This document shows, piece after piece, positions 9,679 through 20,243 of a DNA stretch of 64,000 nucleotides. Below the pieces are notes generated by a model. The model did no database searches. It saw only the letters and a program-made list of their open reading frames with translations, and was not told the origin of the DNA. Source of the stretch: an uncultured Spirochaetota bacterium (GTDB lineage Bacteria > Spirochaetota > UBA4802 > UBA5550). The stretch is from the NCBI GenBank assembly GCA_963827275.1, contig CAWHAA010000005.1, positions 512,001 through 576,000 on the forward strand, given 5' to 3'. Each line of letters starts with the position of its first letter. Position 1 is the stretch's first letter. Made by a program: the position numbers and the translations under genes.

Positions 9679-11484
9679 TCAATTCGTAAAATGCCGGGGA
9701 CTGATCGCCACCGTGATCGCGTCCTGGCTCAGGAGCCTGGTGCGCAGCCCCTCGATTTTCGGCAGTTCGTACTCGTAGAAAAATTTCATCACGAATAACT
9801 TCCCCTCAAGGAAGTCGCGTTCCTCTCCCTCCGCGGAATGCGGCAGGGCCTTCTGGACCGCGATCCCCTGTAAAAGCCACTGCCACGCGATACAGATGAT
9901 CCCGGACATCTCGAGATAGAGCGTCGCGTCCGCGAGGAATCGGTCCACATCTCCCTTCACGGCGATGCCGACAAGCGCGCCCGTTACCTGTTTGAGCAGC
10001 CCCGCCGCGGATGCGAGTTTTTCGGCGTAGGGCGCAAGCGCCGCGACGGCCTTCGCGGCCGCGATTGTCTTCCCCACCTCTTCCAGATAAATGCCGGCGG
10101 CCCTGCCCTTGTGCATGGTCACCTTCCTGCCGAGAAGGTCCATCCCCTGGATGCCGGTCGTCCCTTCATGGATGGGATGGATGCGCGAGTCCCGCATGTA
10201 CTGCTCGACCGGGAACTCGTCGCTGTATCCGTACCCTCCCAGGCACTGGATGGCCAGGCTGGTGGAGACGACCCCCATCTCCGACGGATAGGTCTTCACC
10301 ATCGGCGTGAGGAAATCAAGCAGCAGCTCGTAGCGCTCCTTCTCCTCCCCCGCTGCCATGCCCGCGCAGTCCACGAGCCTGCCCGCGTAGACCATGAGGG
10401 AGAGGGCCCCCTCAATGATCGCGCGCTGCTGCAGCAACATCCGCTTCACGTCCGCGTGCTCGATGATGGCCACCTGCGGTCTCGCGGGGTCCTTCTCCGC
10501 CACGCCCCGCCCCTGGAGCCGCTCGCGCGCGTACTCGAGCGCCGCGTGGTACGCCGCCGACGATATCGCGACCGCGCCCAGGCCCACGCCGATCCGCGCC
10601 TCGTTCATCATCTGGAACATGTACGACAGCCCCCTGTTCGGCTCGCCGACCAGCCACCCGCGGCAGTCGTCGCTCTCGCCCATGCTGAGCTGGGCGATCG
10701 GCGCGCCCCGGTAGCCCATCTTGTGGTAGCAGCCGGCGCAGCTGACATCGTTGAACTCGAGGCCGCCGGACGCGCTCACGCGTTTTTTCGGGACGACGAA
10801 AAGCGAAAGCCCCTTGACGCCGGCCGGCGCGCCCTTGATGCGCGCCAGCATCAGGTGCACGATATTCTCCGCCATGTCGTGGTCTCCCGCTGAGATGAAG
10901 GTCTTCTGCCCCCTGACCAGGTAATAGCCTTTATCGGTGGGCTCAGCCGAGGTGCGCACGTCGCCCAGAGAGCTCCCCGCCTCCGGCTCGGTAAGCGCCA
11001 TGGTCCCCTGCCACCTCCCTTCGATCATCCGCGGCGCGTACGCCGCGCGCAGCTCTTCAGATCCGAAGGTCAGGATCAGGTTGACCGCTCCCGTCGTGAG
11101 GACCGGGTACACGCTCAGGGAATAATTTGCCGATGAGAATATGAACTGGCACGCATTGTACACCGAAACCGGCATCTGCTGTCCGCCTTTTTCATACGGG
11201 AAAATGGCGCTGATCCATCCGCCCTCGCCCGCCATCGCCATGAAGTCTTTCACCTTCGGATGCACGCGGATCCCCCCGTCGACATACTTCGGCGGGTTCT
11301 TGTCCATTTCCGAGCATATCGGGAACATATGCTCGATCGCTATTTTCTTTGCCGTGCCCATGATCATGTCCACGCTCTCGCGCGTATACTCGCCGAAGCG
11401 TTCCGACGTGAGCAGCGATTCGATATCATGCACGTCAAAAAGCGTAAATAAAAGATTGCGCTCGCTGAAAAACCGTTCTGCCAT
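9679..11484 (-). CDS. Acyl-CoA dehydrogenase
   Basis: GTMALTEPEAGS, GQKTFISAG, MMNEARIGVG, GGYGY, IHEGTTGIQ. Confidence 0.95.
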   Translation of the reverse strand: MAERFFSERNLLFTLFDVHDIESLLTSERFGEYTRESVDMIMGTAKKIAIEHMFPICSEMDKNPPKYVDGGIRVHPKVKDFMAMAGEGGWISAIFPYEKGGQQMPVSVYNACQFIFSSANYSLSVYPVLTTGAVNLILTFGSEELRAAYAPRMIEGRWQGTMALTEPEAGSSLGDVRTSAEPTDKGYYLVRGQKTFISAGDHDMAENIVHLMLARIKGAPAGVKGLSLFVVPKKRVSASGGLEFNDVSCAGCYHKMGYRGAPIAQLSMGESDDCRGWLVGEPNRGLSYMFQMMNEARIGVGLGAVAISSAAYHAALEYARERLQGRGVAEKDPARPQVAIIEHADVKRMLLQQRAIIEGALSLMVYAGRLVDCAGMAAGEEKERYELLLDFLTPMVKTYPSEMGVVSTSLAIQCLGGYGYSDEFPVEQYMRDSRIHPIHEGTTGIQGMDLLGRKVTMHKGRAAGIYLEEVGKTIAAAKAVAALAPYAEKLASAAGLLKQVTGALVGIAVKGDVDRFLADATLYLEMSGIICIAWQWLLQGIAVQKALPHSAEGEERDFLEGKLFVMKFFYEYELPKIEGLRTRLLSQDAITVAISPRHFTN

Positions 11485-11508
11485 ATCATGCCCCTCCTGT
11501 TGACCTGA

Positions 11509-12120
11509 TCACCGGTCCCTGTTCGTTAGCGCGGCCATGGCGGCCGCTATCATATCTTCACGGAACTCTTCCGCGTCCCCTGCGCTGATAAACAGATGCT
11601 TGAAATGCCGGTATCCCTCGTACATCGCGATAATGATCTCTGCCGCCCGCTTCGGGTCATGCGCCGGGATGCCGCCCTCCCTGGTTATCTTTTCAAGTTC
11701 GTCGATGATGAGCTTCTTCAAAAGAACGTACATCTCTTTCAGCCTCGCATCGATGCGCGGCTCCCGGCCGCCCAGCGACAGGATCGCGAAGTCCCCACCG
11801 ATATCAGACATCCCGTACCACGCGTCGCTGAAAAATATCTCCACCAGCCTGCGCAGCCGCAGCCCGGGATCACCCGACTGGACGATCAGCTCCCGGTAGA
11901 TTTCGCCCGCTCTGCGGATGATGTAATCCACGAGGGCGACATACAGGTTTTCCTTGTTCTGAAAGTAATGGATGATCAGGCTGGGGTGTATACCCATCCG
12001 TTTCGCCACCTTGCCGATGGACGCGCCCTCGATGCCTTCTTCAAGAATGACCTGGTAGAAGTTCTTCAGGATGTCCGGCTTTCGCGCTCCGGCGTTCTGC
12101 CTTTTTTTTACTTCATCCAT
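11509..12120 (-). CDS. TetR/AcrR-family regulator
   Basis: N-terminal HTH: GIEGASIGKVAKRMGIHPSLIIHYFQNKE. Confidence 0.9.
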   Translation of the reverse strand: MDEVKKRQNAGARKPDILKNFYQVILEEGIEGASIGKVAKRMGIHPSLIIHYFQNKENLYVALVDYIIRRAGEIYRELIVQSGDPGLRLRRLVEIFFSDAWYGMSDIGGDFAILSLGGREPRIDARLKEMYVLLKKLIIDELEKITREGGIPAHDPKRAAEIIIAMYEGYRHFKHLFISAGDAEEFREDMIAAAMAALTNRDR

Positions 12121-12154
12121 TTCTGCTTTCCCTTATACCGGCAACACGTTGGAT

Positions 12155-14092
12155 TCATAGAGAGATGCCGGCAGCGTCGCCTTCATGGACCGCCTCAATG
12201 ACCCGCCGCGGCTTCACAACATCGCCCGCTTCCACAAGGGGGATCCCTTGCTCCCGCACCGCATCGACCAGCCCGCGTTCCGGCGCGGAGCCGAAGGCCT
12301 TGATGACGGTCGCAACCGGCTCGATGCGGACCCCGTTCCCCTCCTGCTCCGCCACGACCGCGTTTTTCTCTATCGCCGTGACCCTGCAGTTAAGCATCAG
12401 CGCGCCGCCGCCATCCCTCAGGCGCCGGTGGAGCCAGTAGCCGTGCGCCGGGAACTTGCTCACCGGCGGGAATTTCGCCATGTCAAGGAGCGAGACCGCG
12501 ATGCCGCGCGCCATGCAGTAATCCGCCGTTTCCATGCCCACGTAACCGGCGCCCAGTATCACCGCAGGGCCCGTGACGGGAACCGTACCCTCGAGCACAT
12601 CGCGCGCATCGACGACATTCGGGTTGCCGATGCCTTCTATCTGCGGCGCCGTCGGCGCCGCGCCGGCGGCCAGCACCACCACATCCGGCCTGTTATCCGC
12701 CAACATCTGCCCGGTGACCGCGGTGCCGGTCTGTATATGCACGCCCAGGCCTTTACACTGGCGCTCCGCCCATTCCACCCAGCGGTAAAATGCTTCTTTA
12801 TGCGGCGGCTTGCTCGCAGATACGAGCTGCCCGCCGAGGAGGGCACGCCGTTCAAAAAGCGTCACCCCGTGCCCGCGCTTCCCTGCCGCTATCGCCGCGG
12901 AGAGACCGGCGGGGCCTCCCCCGATGACCCACACCTTCTTCTTTGTAGCGGCTTGTCTGTATATATCCTCGTATTCTCGCCCGCACTCGGGATTTATCGA
13001 GCAGGTGGTCGCCTTGAATTCGAAGCTCAGGCGCTCGATGCAGCCCTGGTTGCACCCCATGCACCAGCGAATGTCGTCCCACCGCCCTTCCCGCGCCTTG
13101 ACAAGAAACTCGGGATCGGCAAGGAACTGGCGGCCCATGCTGACGAGGTCCGCGTCCCCACGCGCGATCGATTCGTCGGCCATGCGCGGATCGATGACCC
13201 TCCCCACGCCAATGACCGGGACCTTCACTGCCTGTTTTATCTCGCGCGCCCGGAACAGGTTGAACCCTTCGGGCGTGTCCGCCACGGGGATGGAGAGCAT
13301 GCCCGGCGTGGAGTAGACCCCCACGGACGCGTGCAGCGCGTCAGCACCCGCCTCGACCAGTCGCGGCGCGAGCCATTTTATAAACTCGAGTGCATAGCCC
13401 CCCTTGATGCATTCATCAGCCGACAGGCGGACAATGACCGGAAACCCCGGCCCGACTTTTTCCCTGACTGCCGTGAGGATTTCGATCAGAAAGCGCGCGC
13501 GATTTTCGTCTGTGCCGCCATATTCGTCCGTGCGCCTGTTGGAGAAAGGGGATAGAAACTGCGTTATCAGGTAGCCATGCGCCCCGTGCACTTCCACCGC
13601 GTCAAAGCCTGCCTGCCTGGCCCGGTATGCTCCCATGGCATAGGCGAGAACTATCTCCCTGATACGGTCCTTTGACATCGCCTCGGTGGGCTGGTTTAAT
13701 ATTACGCTCGGGAGGTCTGACGGCCCCTCCGGGCTCGCACCCGCAACTGCGGCAATGGTCTCGCGCCCCGCATGGTGAAGCTGAAGGGCGATCTTCGTCC
13801 CGTGCTCATGGACTGTTTCCGTGAGACGCGACAGGCCGGGGATGAATGTATCGTCCCACACGCCGATCTCCCTTCCAAACCCTCTGCCCCGCGGGTCGAT
13901 AGCGCACACCTCGGTGATAATGAGACCGACACCGCCACGCGCCCGCCGCTCGAGGTATGCAATAAGCCGGTCAGTGATGGAGCCATCTTTATTGCCGTAT
14001 GATGTAGCCATGGCAGGCATTACCACGCGGTTTTTTAGTTCCAGTTGGTTAATTTTTACTGGAGAAAAAAGGTGTGTAAGATTATTTTCCAT
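12155..14092 (-). CDS. NADH:flavin oxidoreductase (OYE-like, FadH/BaiCD-type) with 4Fe-4S and FAD domains
   Basis: LKNRVVMPAM, QLHHAGR, HGAHGYL, CMGCNQGC, GGGPAG. Confidence 0.93.
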   Translation of the reverse strand: MENNLTHLFSPVKINQLELKNRVVMPAMATSYGNKDGSITDRLIAYLERRARGGVGLIITEVCAIDPRGRGFGREIGVWDDTFIPGLSRLTETVHEHGTKIALQLHHAGRETIAAVAGASPEGPSDLPSVILNQPTEAMSKDRIREIVLAYAMGAYRARQAGFDAVEVHGAHGYLITQFLSPFSNRRTDEYGGTDENRARFLIEILTAVREKVGPGFPVIVRLSADECIKGGYALEFIKWLAPRLVEAGADALHASVGVYSTPGMLSIPVADTPEGFNLFRAREIKQAVKVPVIGVGRVIDPRMADESIARGDADLVSMGRQFLADPEFLVKAREGRWDDIRWCMGCNQGCIERLSFEFKATTCSINPECGREYEDIYRQAATKKKVWVIGGGPAGLSAAIAAGKRGHGVTLFERRALLGGQLVSASKPPHKEAFYRWVEWAERQCKGLGVHIQTGTAVTGQMLADNRPDVVVLAAGAAPTAPQIEGIGNPNVVDARDVLEGTVPVTGPAVILGAGYVGMETADYCMARGIAVSLLDMAKFPPVSKFPAHGYWLHRRLRDGGGALMLNCRVTAIEKNAVVAEQEGNGVRIEPVATVIKAFGSAPERGLVDAVREQGIPLVEAGDVVKPRRVIEAVHEGDAAGISL

Positions 14093-14160
14093 GTTGTTTT
14101 CCTAAAGTTTATTAACTGAACATTCATTTAATTAAAATTCGCATGTCAAGTGTAATATCA

Positions 14161-14298
14161 GGGGTCAGAGTAAAAAATAAATTCTGTATGGTGTCAGAGT
14201 AACACAACATATGCACCTACCGATAACTATCACTTCACATTCACTCATTATTGGCTCTGCGTATGATTTTGCATAAATCCTATTGGGGTCAGAGTAAA
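14161..14298. repeat. Degenerate, scattered copies of the bipartite repeat motifs
   Basis: GGGGTCAGAGTAAA at 14161 and 14285, GGTGTCAGAGTAAC at 14189, ACCGATAACTATC at 14219. Confidence 0.75.
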
Positions 14299-14304
14299 AA
14301 AATC

Positions 14305-14334
14305 TTGACAGACAATAGACGACCGGTCTATTAT
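14305..14334 (+). promoter_or_regulatory. Sigma70-type promoter overlapped by a palindromic TetR operator
   Basis: TTGACA 14305-14310, TATTAT 14329-14334; AATAGAC-GACCG-GTCTATT at 14314-14332. Confidence 0.75.
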
Positions 14335-14353
14335 CATGAAAGAGATTCACCCA

Positions 14354-14944
14354 ATGCCCAAAGAAGACACCAGACAACTCATTCTCAATCATGGGGCCAG
14401 GCTTGTACATGCCAGGGGGTTCGTGAACACCGGCATACAGGAAATCCTCAAGGCCTCATCCGTGCCCAAGGGCTCTTTCTACTTTTACTTCAAGAGCAAG
14501 GACGATTTCGGCCAGGCCCTGGTTGACCATTACAGCAAATTCATTTCGGCCATGTTCGACAGTTACCTGAAAGATGAAAGCCGCACTCCGATGGAGAGGC
14601 TGCGGCGCTTTTTTGATGATAGTTGCGCATTTTATACCGGCAACCGGTTCTCGAGCGGATGCCCCATTGGCAACCTGTCGCAGGAGATGAGCGACATTTC
14701 AGAGCCCCTCAGGGAAAAGCTCAAAGACGCATATTCAAAAATGAAATCCACCCTTCAGTCATGCATCGAGGAAGCGCGTGACCGGGGTGAGGTCAGTAAA
14801 AGCATGGACGCGGGAAATCTCGCCACCTTCATATTGAATGGCTGGGAAGGCGCGCTTATCGACATGAAGCTTTCAAAGAGTGTCACGCCCCTGGTTATTT
14901 TCGCGGACATGCTTTTCGGACATATCATTCAGGGCGAAAAATAA
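14354..14944 (+). CDS. TetR-family regulator, NemR-like
   Basis: GF.NTGIQEIL....VPKGSFYFYFKSK, GCPIGNLSQE, WEGA; alternative start 14336. Confidence 0.88.
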   Translation: MPKEDTRQLILNHGARLVHARGFVNTGIQEILKASSVPKGSFYFYFKSKDDFGQALVDHYSKFISAMFDSYLKDESRTPMERLRRFFDDSCAFYTGNRFSSGCPIGNLSQEMSDISEPLREKLKDAYSKMKSTLQSCIEEARDRGEVSKSMDAGNLATFILNGWEGALIDMKLSKSVTPLVIFADMLFGHIIQGEK

Positions 14945-14964
14945 CCAGATACCGGAGGAGCCGC

Positions 14965-16047
14965 ATGGAAATTTATGAACAACTCAGGGACGTGCTCGAT
15001 TCGCACCCTACCACCGCGCCGAAAACCGAAACAATTATAAAGATCCTACAGACACTATTCACCCCCGAAGAGGCCGCAGTCGCCAGCGCAATGAGCTTCA
15101 AGGTCGCCGACATTAATAAAATTGCGGCAGCCGCATCACGCCCGGCGGGAGATACGGAACAGCTGCTCGAATCGATGGCAAACAAGGGGATCATTTATTC
15201 AAAAAACAAGGACGGCAATACATTATACGGTCTTGTCCCGCTCATACCGGGCGTGTTCGAATTTCCCTTCATGAAATCTGACGGTTCCCCAATGTATAAG
15301 CAGCTCGGCGAACTATGGGAAAAATACCATCACGAGGCCCTGGGCGCCTCCTTTTCCGGGAACCCCACCCCCCTCATGCGGGTCGTGGCGGTGGAGAAAT
15401 CAATCAAAGCGGAAAACCGGGTCCATCCCTACGAAGAGGTCAAACGCTTCATAGACAACGCCAAATTCATCGCGCTTGCCGATTGCGCCTGCAGGACGAG
15501 CGTCGCCAAATGCGACAGGCCGAAAGACGTATGCCTGATCTTCGACGGCGCCGGTGAATTTCTTGCAGAACGCGGATTCGCGCGAAAGATCACCAGGGAA
15601 GAAGGAATGGATGTCCTCGACCGCGCTGAAAAGGCCGGGCTGGTCCACACCAGCAACAACAGCGCCGACAAGGCAAACCTGATATGCAACTGCTGTCCCT
15701 GCTGCTGCACGGTCCTGCGCGGCAAAACGCAGTTACATCATCCGCACGCGTTCGAGCCGAGCCGTTTCGGCGCGAGCGTCATGAGCGGCAATTGCACCGG
15801 CTGCGGCATCTGCGCCGATGAACGCTGCCCCGTGAAGGCCATCGAGATGAAGGACGGCGTCGCCATCGTCAACAAGGAGGAATGCATCGGGTGCGGCCTC
15901 TGCGTCACCGGCTGCCCGGCTGGAGCCATTGAGCTCGTCGAGCGGAAATCGGTCCCGCCCATTCCCGCAAACATTATGGAGATGGGCATCACGGTAGCGA
16001 AGGAGAAAGGAAAGTTCGATAAATTCGTCAAGATAATGCAGCGGTAA
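14965..16047 (+). CDS. 4Fe-4S dicluster protein with N-terminal HTH-like region
   Basis: CACR, ICNCCPCCC, CTGCGIC...CP and CIGCGLC...CP. Confidence 0.88.
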   Translation: MEIYEQLRDVLDSHPTTAPKTETIIKILQTLFTPEEAAVASAMSFKVADINKIAAAASRPAGDTEQLLESMANKGIIYSKNKDGNTLYGLVPLIPGVFEFPFMKSDGSPMYKQLGELWEKYHHEALGASFSGNPTPLMRVVAVEKSIKAENRVHPYEEVKRFIDNAKFIALADCACRTSVAKCDRPKDVCLIFDGAGEFLAERGFARKITREEGMDVLDRAEKAGLVHTSNNSADKANLICNCCPCCCTVLRGKTQLHHPHAFEPSRFGASVMSGNCTGCGICADERCPVKAIEMKDGVAIVNKEECIGCGLCVTGCPAGAIELVERKSVPPIPANIMEMGITVAKEKGKFDKFVKIMQR

Positions 16048-16101
16048 GGGAGCCCGGTAACGGAACAGAATGGCGGGGCACGTTCAGGGCCCCGTCACCC
16101 T

Positions 16102-16800
16102 TCATTGTCCCATGCCTCCATTTACACCCTCTTCCTTTTCAAGCATCTCGATATTAAATTTTTCTGATGCCGATATATATTCCTCTCTTTTCACCATCTC
16201 GCGGAGGCCCTTCAGTGTTCTGTACGGGATGTCGCGGCTCGCAATATTAATGATAAAAACCGGGATAAAGCCTCCTGGATCGGCCCAGCAAATGAATGTC
16301 GCGTCAGTTTTTTCCGGTGAAATGCGTTTGAAAATCCACGTGCCGTACATCGAGCTGATGCGGACCCGCTTGTCATGCTGAGGAACGATTTTATCCGGCA
16401 GGGCGGAAACCCTGCCTACAATGGTCCCCTCTCGCAGGAGTATCTCGGTTGACGATTGAAGAATAATATCCCTGTCCAGTACCGGCCAGGGCATCCCGAG
16501 AGTAAAATAGAGAAGGCAGGAAGTGGCGGTCGTACAGCCGAATTTCCGCGCCTCAACGCAATTAGCGACCCAGCGGGGATATGACGCCACATCGAGCATG
16601 ACTTGAGCAACGACTTCAAGCGGCGCGTCCAGCACGCACTCGCCCTTCAGTTCATCTATGGGTGAACCGGGCACCCTGTTGGCATAGATCCGTATATCAT
16701 TCTTCTCCAGCAGCATCTTCCATGCGCCGCTACCGTCCTGTGCAGGGAACGCCGCAGAGGCAAGGAGCAGCATCCCGCATAATAAGTTCTTCACCATCAT
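16102..16800 (-). CDS. START/SRPBCC-domain secreted protein
   Basis: Signal peptide; W......IRIY, PWPVLDRD, DPGGFIP..IN motifs. Confidence 0.82.
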   Translation of the reverse strand: MMVKNLLCGMLLLASAAFPAQDGSGAWKMLLEKNDIRIYANRVPGSPIDELKGECVLDAPLEVVAQVMLDVASYPRWVANCVEARKFGCTTATSCLLYFTLGMPWPVLDRDIILQSSTEILLREGTIVGRVSALPDKIVPQHDKRVRISSMYGTWIFKRISPEKTDATFICWADPGGFIPVFIINIASRDIPYRTLKGLREMVKREEYISASEKFNIEMLEKEEGVNGGMGQ

Positions 16801-16829
16801 CTCCGGTCACCCCCGAAAACAGTGTACTC

Positions 16830-17621
16830 TCACCTGGCGATGCTCTCCATGATCCGATTAATTGACGAATCGATAAAAACCGGATCGGTAATGGTCATTT
16901 TAATCAACCCTGCGCGACAGGCCCTGACGCACTTTCCGCACTTGATGCAATTGTTATTTATAACGACCCGGCCATGTACGACCGAAATGCCGCCGGCGAA
17001 ACATGACGATACGCATGCCCCGCATCCCGTGCAACCGTCCCGCACCTCGATGGTAACGCAGTCAAGCCCCCGCATCCTCTCCCTGATGGGCCCGCTCAGC
17101 CTGGGCAGGATCCTGAAAAAACAGCAGCACTCGCAGCAATTGCATATCGTCATGAGCGTATCGGATGGCGCACAATTCAGCATCAGAGAATCAAGCCTGT
17201 TTAGGCCGATCATGTGCACCAGGCCCGCCTCTTCACAGCGCCTGACGTGCTCCAGGGCCTGGCCAACGGTGGCCATCCTGCCCAGGTCCTGGTTGAAGTT
17301 TTGAACCGCCGGGCCGAGATAGATGCACCCGAGATCTTTCGGATAGCTCCTGCAGTTTTCGGCCGTCCGGCACACGCATCTATCCTTTATCCAAATATAT
17401 TCTGATTTCATGATAAAATGACGTATGATATCCGAGGGGAGCGCCACATGCTCATGCGGTTCCAGCGAGGCATTGATGGGGATAAACGTGACATCATCCT
17501 TGTCAAAAAAGAGCCTGTAAAGCCAGGTCCCCACGAAGGGAACCCTGGTAATATTTGCAAACAGGAATATCTTTTTAAAAAACCTGTTTATCAGTTTTAC
17601 CTGCCATCTGGGTCGTGACAT
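16830..17621 (-). CDS. 4Fe-4S ferredoxin-domain protein, related to 14965-16047
   Basis: CVCR, GLVH, ICNCCECCC, CTGCGAC, CIKCGKC; alternative start 17660. Confidence 0.85.
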   Translation of the reverse strand: MSRPRWQVKLINRFFKKIFLFANITRVPFVGTWLYRLFFDKDDVTFIPINASLEPHEHVALPSDIIRHFIMKSEYIWIKDRCVCRTAENCRSYPKDLGCIYLGPAVQNFNQDLGRMATVGQALEHVRRCEEAGLVHMIGLNRLDSLMLNCAPSDTLMTICNCCECCCFFRILPRLSGPIRERMRGLDCVTIEVRDGCTGCGACVSSCFAGGISVVHGRVVINNNCIKCGKCVRACRAGLIKMTITDPVFIDSSINRIMESIAR

Positions 17622-17828
17622 CGCCTGCCCGCCATCACCAATACGGGCGGCACCCATCACACAGCACTTATTTTCCCATCATCGATCACATGCTGATGAA
17701 GCCCGGCCCCGGCTCATTGGTTGATATTTAATCTTGAAGTAAATTATACCTCGCGGCAGGCGGGAGCATCCAATCAAAAGACGAAATTTCATGAAATTGA
17801 CTTATTGCATGAACCGGCGTGAAGTGAT

Positions 17829-19385
17829 TTATTCCGGGGCGTTCCGTGGCTGATTCCGATAGTCACTCGGGGTTATACCGGTGACATACTTAAACGCCCT
17901 GTTAAAAGTCGACAGGCTTTCAAAGCCCACCGAGAGGGCGATGTCGATTACCTTGTTGTTTTTATCATCCAGCTTCTTCATCGCGTCCCTGATTCTCAGC
18001 TCGTTGATGTACTCGTTGATTTTTTTACCCGTATATTTCCTGAAGAGCCTGCTCATATAGTCAGTGCTGATGTCAATCGCCCCGGCCAGGCCTTCACGGG
18101 AAATGTCCTGTGCGTAATTCTGGTCGATGAAGTCAATAACTGATTTGAGCTTGATCTCGGTCATGTCCGTTATTATCGGGCCGTTATCTTTTTTTTCAGG
18201 CCTCCCGAGCGTCTTGTACAGGAGCTCCATCCTGACCGTGCTTCTCATCAATTCCCTCGAGGCGAGGATCATGAAGACGATCACAAAAAATGGCGAGCCG
18301 TAGATAGGCGCCAGGAACGCAAACGGCATGTCCGCGATGAAGGCCACAACCTCATAACCGCCGACCAATCCCGCGGTCAGGATGAGGAGCACCAGCATGT
18401 AAAACTGGAGCCGGTCCTTTTTTATGGTATTGATCATATTCAATATCCATATCGACAGCGGGACGATAATGACGATCCCCGCCAGCAAGGCAAACGGCGA
18501 ATAAATTTCAACGATCTTCCTCTCGGCGAACAGGATCAAAAGCGATGTTGCCGTGCAGGCAACCGCCGTTATCCTGATGAAGAACGACATGTAGACCCGA
18601 TAAAGGGACTGCACCGCCACGAAAAGAAAAACGCCGAAAACCGGGATAAGCGCAAGGTGTACCACGGGCACAACAGACCCCGTGTAGCGGACAGGAATGA
18701 ACTCGAAGAGGATATACAGGATGAAAAGCGTCAGCACCAGGGAGCCGTACGCAAGGACCCGCGCCCACCTGTTCCAGGCAAAGAAGATCATCGGCGGAAA
18801 AAGAAGGCTAAAATTAAATATCAGGATCGCCAGGGGAAGCTGGGTAAAAACAAGCTCATGTATCATCTGTTCCCGGGCAAAGGCATGCACATCCACGACG
18901 TAAATATTATTCGCCGCAGGGACATACCCCCCTGTCATGGAAGCCCTGACATGGACGGTATTGGCCCCTTTTCGTAACATTGCGCGTGGAACGGTATAAT
19001 GTAACGGGGAATAGACGTTTGCGAAACGAAGTTCTTCTGGCCTTTCGAGGGCCGTTCCATTGACAAAAACCTTGACCTCCCGGTCTCTTCCCATGACGAT
19101 GACGCCGCAGCTGTCCCCGGGAACGATTGCAAGATCAAACCGGGCTTTAAGCCAGATTTTTTCATTAGCGGGAGCCCTGAGGAGCAGAACATCCAGATCA
19201 AGTGGAGATCCCTGCTGGAATGCGCTCCAGGGGCCGCCAACCTGGCCCGGATGTTCCGCACCGCGCCCGGCCCTGTTGGATTCCCATCCAGTCAACGCCA
19301 TCCGTCCGCCGGTCTCACCGCGGCCGCAGCTGATGAAGACAGTGGAAAGAAGAATTATCATCAATATTTTTATACTATCGCGCAT
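17829..19385 (-). CDS. Membrane-spanning AraC-family regulator (extracytoplasmic domain, ~7 TM, AraC HTH)
   Basis: C-terminal YMSRLFRKYTG..INEYIN..RI and IALSVGFESLSTFNRAFK..TG.TPS; hydrophobic core; start uncertain. Confidence 0.88.
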   Translation of the reverse strand: MRDSIKILMIILLSTVFISCGRGETGGRMALTGWESNRAGRGAEHPGQVGGPWSAFQQGSPLDLDVLLLRAPANEKIWLKARFDLAIVPGDSCGVIVMGRDREVKVFVNGTALERPEELRFANVYSPLHYTVPRAMLRKGANTVHVRASMTGGYVPAANNIYVVDVHAFAREQMIHELVFTQLPLAILIFNFSLLFPPMIFFAWNRWARVLAYGSLVLTLFILYILFEFIPVRYTGSVVPVVHLALIPVFGVFLFVAVQSLYRVYMSFFIRITAVACTATSLLILFAERKIVEIYSPFALLAGIVIIVPLSIWILNMINTIKKDRLQFYMLVLLILTAGLVGGYEVVAFIADMPFAFLAPIYGSPFFVIVFMILASRELMRSTVRMELLYKTLGRPEKKDNGPIITDMTEIKLKSVIDFIDQNYAQDISREGLAGAIDISTDYMSRLFRKYTGKKINEYINELRIRDAMKKLDDKNNKVIDIALSVGFESLSTFNRAFKYVTGITPSDYRNQPRNAPE

Positions 19386-19698
19386 ATCACTTCGGATACT
19401 GTTCATTGAGTGGTCTGTAAAAAACAATCAGTGTTGAATAATACTTTTCATAAGTTGATAAATAATTGATTGTTATTGAATTATTGCAAGAAAAAATATC
19501 TTTCATGAGTATCTTTTCAGCAAAAACGCATAACCGATTGCATACAGCATATTCATTAAATTCATATTTTTGACAGGAACCAGATAGCGGGAGTATGCCA
19601 TGATAGTCAGAAAGGCCCACCTGATATATTTGATGGGCGACTCGACCGCTACTACTTCCCCGACACGGGAAGGAATTTCAATCATGGGAGGCGGTACT

Positions 19699-20235
19699 AT
19701 GAACGGACTGACAATAGAAGAATACCTGACGCACTACCTTCCCGGCCTTATCGGGAGATATCTATCCGAGGATCCCGTTCCAGACATGGAGGGGACGCTC
19801 TTTACGCTGCAGATAACCATTGCGGGGGAAAACGACCTCGTCTTTGGCATCACCATCAGGGACGCAAAACAGATAACTGTGACCCCCGGCGGACTGAAGA
19901 ATCCCCAGGTGGCTCTCCAGATCCCGGAACAGGCCATCAAGCCGCTGGTTAAACTGGTATCTTCATTAACGGGCAGGGGCCGGTACACCATACTCGAGAG
20001 GAGCAGGGGCTCAATGGATGTGGAGATTGTACAACCCGGCGGAGAGGACATACCGATACGCATGGTGTTTAACGGAAGCGAGGAACCGAACTTCAGAATT
20101 TGCGGATTGCCCCATGTTCTCGGGAAGATCGCGGCAGGATCGGTTGATCCGGCCCAGGCCTTCATGCAGGGGCTGATCACGCTGTACGGCGATTTCCCCT
20201 TCGCGCTCCAGCTTTCACAGCTGGTGCGAAAATAA
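19699..20235 (+). CDS. SCP2 sterol/lipid-binding-like protein
   Basis: C-terminal DPAQAFMQGLI...GD...A SCP2-like motif; GGAGG RBS. Confidence 0.7.
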   Translation: MNGLTIEEYLTHYLPGLIGRYLSEDPVPDMEGTLFTLQITIAGENDLVFGITIRDAKQITVTPGGLKNPQVALQIPEQAIKPLVKLVSSLTGRGRYTILERSRGSMDVEIVQPGGEDIPIRMVFNGSEEPNFRICGLPHVLGKIAAGSVDPAQAFMQGLITLYGDFPFALQLSQLVRK

Positions 20236-20243
20236 CCGGCGGG

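Noticed and set aside
12185..13555. Long antisense or alternate-frame ORFs (e.g. 12185-13555, 28534-29700, 47880-49388, 60690-62009)
   Set aside because: Shadow ORFs of GC-rich coding genes with no recognisable motifs
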